NCBI GenBank assembly: GCA_031835245.2
Contig: JAVKOQ020000069.1
Coordinates: 186,001-211,346, forward strand
Source of the DNA: Balamuthia mandrillaris
Lineage: Eukaryota
Reading direction: 5' to 3'
DNA length: 25,346 nucleotides
In this document: in pieces, positions 20,422-25,346 of the stretch
Numbering within the stretch: the first letter of the stretch is position 1
Layout: each line of letters starts with the position of its first letter
Translations under genes and position numbers: made by a program
The notes under the pieces: model-generated
Told to the model about the DNA's origin: nothing
The model's database searches: none
What the model saw: the letters and a program-made list of their open reading frames with translations, nothing else

Positions 20422-21020
20422 TTACTTTTGGTTTGTCATATTTGTGCTATCATTCGTTTGTTCATTGCTTTCGTCGGTGGAAGAGGAGGTCCATTGTTGC
20501 TCTGTTGCTACAAAATCGCGGCTATCAGTGGTTGTGTCGGCGCTGGAAGAGGTGGTGGATTGTGGCGGGGAAGATAGTGGTGATGCTGATTGCTGATTCA
20601 GCCGGAGCAGCAAAAGGGTTTCGCGCAGCTTGCTGCGATATTGTAAATGCCCAGTTATCACTGAAGACACGTCTATGTTTTCCACTTCTGTTATTTTGTC
20701 AGAATTACCCATGAGTATGCGCTTGTGCTAGGAGAAAGAAAAAAAAAGATTGAAGCAAACCTTCACATGCTATAGCCTCAAGGCCAGCTACTCCAAACGA
20801 AAGATGTGCTACATGCAGAAAGTGTGTAAGTAGTGTTGGTTTACTTATTACTTTAGTGCAAGGAGCAGAGAAGATATACCTGCCCGATACAGCACTCCCA
20901 GTAGCCAATCCGATCGGCTGTATGCGTTCACTAATCGACCTGCAACTATGGATTTACATGCTTGCCAGTCCTCCGGAGAGGTTGAAACTGGAGTACCTGC
21001 AATATATAGAATCAGAGAAA

Positions 21021-21060
<40 letters not shown>

Positions 21061-22214
21061 AAGAGAGAAATGAAAAAAAGGAGAGAAGAGATAGAAGGTA
21101 AGCGATAAAACAGAATTGATGGGTTAAGAGGAAGCAACCAAGTAGAAAAGCGTCCATCACAATCCCTTTGGCGTTGTGTTCAGTTAAATAGCGAAGGCAG
21201 TAGTAAATAACACGAGCTCCAACAGAATAGCCAACCAAGGAAACGGGTCGGTTGCCATGTACACGATCCATCAAAACCTTGCCCAGCAGCTTTCCCGCTT
21301 TCTCAGCTCTGTCCATGAGTACATGCCTGCATTTTGGAAGAACCTACCATTAGTGCAGCTGTCAATAATGAGGTAAAGTCAGAGTGGTACCATGTATTGT
21401 CAATAACCCCAGTAATTGAAAGAATGGTGAGGGGCCATGCTATGGCGCTTGCAACGCTTGATATTGCCACAAGAAGTGCTTGACCCGATGCAGCCATCCA
21501 ATACGTGGCAAGTTCTGTACGACGCAGAAATAAATATCAAATGCGAAGAACGAAGCGAGAAATGGCTAAAAGCAAATGGAAAGAGAGACGTTCACATACT
21601 CTTTGCAGCGGTAGTGGCTATGAATTTGTAGACAAAATTACCCAAGTTCTTCAATTTTTCGGATTCCTGTTATCAAAAGCAGACATGGTGAGCAAGAAAG
21701 AACTAAGGAACTACGGCTGTGAACAGAGAAGAAAAAGGGTCCCTACCCAACGCAATGCAAAGTATTCTCCGAAGGTCTTCATTTCCTCAAGCGTTATCCA
21801 GGGCTCAACAAAATCCACGTCGTTCGTTAGAATACCTGAAACACAAATCCATATGTGCATTCCGCGACTTATGGGCGCTTGCTTCAGTCGGTCTTTGATC
21901 GTTACTTCTGATTGCTCTCCGGAGAGGGGATGCCCGCCCCTTCCCTCCATTTCATATTGTGGCGATTTGGGTGCACTATCGGTCGTCTTGGGGGGTTCTG
22001 ATGGTGCGTTCTGGACTTCCAAGTTTTGATCCGTGGCTTCATCCAAGCCATCCGTACATCCATCTTTAATGTGGCTTTCTTCGTTATCAGAGGTGCTCTT
22101 CTAAATTAAGAGATCAATTAGCTCAGTTGGGCAATAAGGGTTAATATGAAGGAGAGAGATTTTCCAATGATTGCAAGCGAGCTGGAAAGGGGGCGAGAGA
22201 AGGGGAGGGAGAGA

Positions 22215-22254
<40 letters not shown>

Positions 22255-23944
22255 GGGAGAGGCAAACCTGCAGCGAAGTCTCATCTTCTGCGCGGTTAGT
22301 GGGTTGATACAGGTCATTTACAGCAGGTTCCTCTTCTTCCTCTTCATCCAAATCTTTCCGCAATAGGGCAGCAAGCCTTTCCTTTTCGGCCTCTTGTTCT
22401 TTGCTGGCGGTGAAATAAGGGATGTTGCTCACCCATTTTTTGGTGGCCGCTAATGGACCAGAGTCAGCAGGATGAAGCAAGCGGGCAACTCCTTCTGCTG
22501 AGATTTCTACAAACTCAAATTCATCCACTCCACCTATTATAGCGTCATGTTCAAGGTTAGGAGGCAAAGGAAGAAGGAAAAAGGAAGACGGACGATGCAA
22601 GAAGAAAATAAGGATGAACAGAAACAGAGAGCCAAAGAAGAAAGGCAAAAAGGTGAAGCAAATATCACACGTACCTGTGCGATGAGCTACCTTCACGCCG
22701 GTTAACCCAGCGCCAGCTGCACCGAACAAACCAGCCATTAGAGCAGTTCCTCCAGACAACGTAACGCCGCTGACAACGGTCGTTGCAGTGGCAAGGGCTC
22801 CCAGTCCCACTGTACTGGCGGTGCCAGCAATCGCAGCAGCAAATGCACCAAAGGCAGGAATCACTATAGGAGCAGCTAGACCGCCTGTTATAGCTAATGC
22901 TCCTCCACCAACCTGATTCCATGATTTGAGCATGCATCAGTACAAATGCGAAAACACCAGTGAAGGTGGTAAGCTTGAGAGTAGTACCGCCGCACCAAGG
23001 CCAATCTTCCACCAACGGCCAGATGAGGCAGTCCCTTCACGAGATATCTCTTGTTTTGCCTGCTTCTGCAGAGAAAGCGCGAGGCCATCCTCAGCAGCTT
23101 CCACCCGTTGAAACGGAACCTATCATGACACCAACAGAGGAAAAAAAAAAGGGATAGGTGTGAGCAAGTAACGGTATGATACCCATGCATTACTGAAAGA
23201 GGAGGGTGCATACGCACGTCTAGCGCAGTCGAAAGAGTGCGAAGCGAAGCTCTGTGCGTGGAGGAATAGGCGCCGCCCGCTATCGAAAGCAACAGAAAAT
23301 TCCACAGGAAGACCCAACGTTGGTTTGCATCATCCAAACGCTTTGCAAATAGCTCTGGCTCGTAGCCAACTTGTTGTTGGTTGTTTAGCAAAACTTTTCT
23401 GAGAGAGGACCAGAACAGATCAATCACAACAAAACACTGAATTTACGTACAGCCTCGTATTGTCAACAAAGCATCAGCGTCGTCTTTGCTTAAGTTCAGG
23501 CTTGCAAACAGGGTGGAAAGGAATTCAGAAGCATCCTCCCAGTCATCTGAAACGCACACCAGCATAGAACCTGTTTTCGCAGAGTAGGTTGTTACCTTGA
23601 GGAAACAACGTGGCAGAAGGAAGGTAGAAGGGACAAACCAAGGGCTTTGCGTTGTGCCAGTGGCCAATCGTGTAGTGGCACTGGCGTTTTTCCATCTAAA
23701 GAAGAAGAAGAAGAAGAAGAAGAAGAAGAAGAAGAAGAAGAAGAAGAACAAGAAGAAGAAGAAGAAGCAGAACAAGAAGAAGAACAAGAAGAGGTCAGTT
23801 GATTAGGTAGCGTAACCAACAGGACAAACCCCTACCTTCAGAGTTTTCCTGGTGGCTCTCTTCTTTTTCTTTCGGAGCGTTCCCAAGCCGTCGTTCGGCT
23901 GCAGGTTTTGAGCTTTCGTGGCTAGTGGCGTTTGCGTGTTGCAT
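20422..23944 (-). CDS. TMCO4: TMCO4 / DUF726 family membrane protein (alpha/beta-hydrolase-like), multi-exon
   Basis: Spliced motifs: RWWKIGLGAA|VGGGALAITGGLAAP, LFGAAGAGLTG, VDEFEF, ICVSG, AWPLTILSITGVIDNTW, DRAEKAGKLL, GNRPVSLVGYSVGARVIYYCL (GxSxG), VAGRLVNAYSRSDWLLGVLYR, GVAGLEAI, VENIDVSSVITGHLQY. The start ATG at 23944 (MQHANATSH) is inferred, and not every exon boundary was resolved. Confidence 0.88.
21024..21057 (-). repeat. Intronic (CT)n microsatellite, TMCO4 gene
   Basis: (AG)n on the + strand, inside a - strand intron. Confidence 0.88.
22201..22250 (-). repeat. Intronic (CT)n-rich tract, TMCO4 gene
   Basis: Imperfect (GA)n on the + strand, downstream of a CAG|GTTTGC donor on the - strand. 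Confidence 0.8.
23700..23791 (-). repeat. Intronic (TTC)n microsatellite, TMCO4 intron 1
   Basis: (GAA)n run on the + strand, ending just before the TTTAG acceptor at 23696 on the - strand. Confidence 0.9.
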
Positions 23945-24192
23945 GTTGTTGGCCCGTTTTGGTGGTGTTATGTGGGAAGGAGGGGCTAGCTTGTGTTCTT
24001 CTTGCCTCTCCTGTTTTCTTGGGGTGGTGGCGTGTCCGCATATAATGAATATGGGGGGGATGAAAGTCAAGAAATTTCCTCCTGCTATCTGCTGAATCTT
24101 TGCAGCAAACATGCCAAAAGAAATCTTGTGTAACACAATAAAAAAAGAACAAACAGACCTCGAGGAGGAGAAGCAAGGCAGAAAAAAAAAAA

Positions 24193-25194
24193 ATGGAAGA
24201 GGACCATACCGACACGAGTGTTGCTCTGGTTCCACGAGTGCAAAACGTAGCCCACTTTAAAACTGGGGGAGTGCATGTGGAATACCAAGACAAGATAACG
24301 TGGGAGCCATTTGAAGAAGCGGCAGAGTGGCTGCTGGCCGCGGAAAAGAACCGGCAAGTTAGTGCCGACGGAACAGATCTGCCCTTCAAACTACAGTTTG
24401 AGCGAGACGGCTACCTTGTGGTGAATGACTTGCTCGCTCCTAAGGAGTTGGAAATATACCAGGCCCTCTATGACCGTTTTCTTTCCGGTGAGATTGACAG
24501 TAGTGCTCATCGCCATGATTTGGGCTCTCATCAAGAAACCCAGCAACAGGGCTCTGAAAACGTGTGCCAGATTATGTGGCCTTCTGACTACATTGAAAAC
24601 CTCTTTCAGGTACTCTTTGTCTTTACCATGGTTATTTTTTTTTCTAATATGAGTCTCAACTTAGGGTCCAATGCATACACGAGCGCTGGCACTCGCCAAA
24701 GCCATTCTAGGCGAAGACGTGGACTTTGACTTTGACATGCTGATCTACAAGGCCCCACATACCAATACGGATGTGCCACCACACCAAGATCAGGCCTACT
24801 GGGTTGACATGCCAGACAAGCGGGCAGTTTCCGTATGGGTGGCCATAGACGAGGCTACTCTGGAAAATGGGTGCATGGGGTTTGTCAAAGGCTCTCACGA
24901 GCTACCTTTACGACCTCATAGGCAGGTCAAGCCTGGCCATCATGTGCTCTGTTGTGATTATGATGTTAGCCAACAAGGAGAAGACAAAGATGGACAATGC
25001 GTGGTCCGCTGCCCTATTCCTCCAGGGTCCTGCACCTTACACCATGGGGCCACCATTCACTTCACAGGAGGAAATATCTCTCACACTCGTCGTCGAGCCT
25101 TTATCTTGAATTTTCGTCCACAGTCAATGGTTGAGTGGAGTCGGTCTCAAGGCTTTGACCATGGGCGCTCTGGTTTCCTCCCTCTCTTTCCTTC

Positions 25195-25245
<51 letters not shown>

Positions 25246-25346
25246 TCCCTCTCTTCCTCTTCCTCTTCCCTTTCGCGCCATTATTTTTGACTTCGCTTCA
25301 AATTTCAACTTAAACTTAAAGGATGGAATAAAACAAAAAGGGGTTA
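24193..25346 (+). CDS. Phytanoyl-CoA dioxygenase (PhyH) family Fe(II)/2-oxoglutarate dioxygenase, 3' end outside the window
   Basis: Exons 24193-24609, 24665-25172 and probably 25322 onward. Exon 1 has QFERDGYLVVNDLL. Exon 2 is missing from the ORF track and encodes DMLIYKAP...PPHQDQAYW (HxD), VSVWVAIDEATLENGCMGFVKGSH, PPGSCTLHHGATIHFTGGN (distal His) and RRRAFILNFR (2OG-binding Arg). Confidence 0.9.
25199..25242 (+). repeat. Intronic (CT)n microsatellite, PhyH intron 2
   Basis: Perfect CT run downstream of the GTTTCC donor at 25173. Confidence 0.88.

Noticed and set aside
20938..20960. Apparent 18-nt GT...AG mini-intron in TMCO4
   Set aside because: Reading through gives CKSIVAGRLVN, which matches the conserved DUF726 segment, so it is coding.
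1..25346. A functionally linked gene cluster (signalling, ubiquitin or detoxification genes together)
   Set aside because: The genes have unrelated functions and mixed orientations, as is typical of a compact eukaryotic chromosome. Nothing in the sequence supports co-regulation as one system.

Overview
Gene-dense, intron-rich eukaryotic nuclear DNA. It is probably from a free-living amoebozoan such as a Balamuthia/Acanthamoeba-like organism, which is inferred only from gene content, compactness and intron style. Manual splicing with GT-AG introns gives about 10 protein-coding genes: (1) a bacterial-type DsbA/HCCA-isomerase (GST-kappa) gene with no introns in the conserved part; (2) a 9-exon RasGEF; (3) an intronless F-box plus 27-aa GCPW ankyrin-repeat gene of the type common in amoeba giant viruses; (4) a 7-exon helicase-less Pol theta/nu-like family A DNA polymerase with a long Glu-rich N-terminus; (5) a ~1690-aa CH/coiled-coil/SBF2-like/RhoGAP protein; (6) a CH-domain protein with a predicted C-terminal membrane anchor; (7) a predicted mitochondrial membrane protein with a possible PsbP/Mog1-like fold; (8) a UIM-BTB-BACK-SPRY protein; (9) a TMCO4/DUF726 protein; (10) a PhyH-family dioxygenase that runs off the window. 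No RNA genes, CRISPR arrays or intact mobile elements were recognised, and I see no operon-like multi-gene system. The strongest leads are the helicase-less Pol theta/nu-like polymerase, the possible horizontally acquired genes, the unusual domain architectures, and an intron layout with sense-strand CT tracts near weak donors and A-rich 3' ends. All family assignments come from motif recognition, not database searches.
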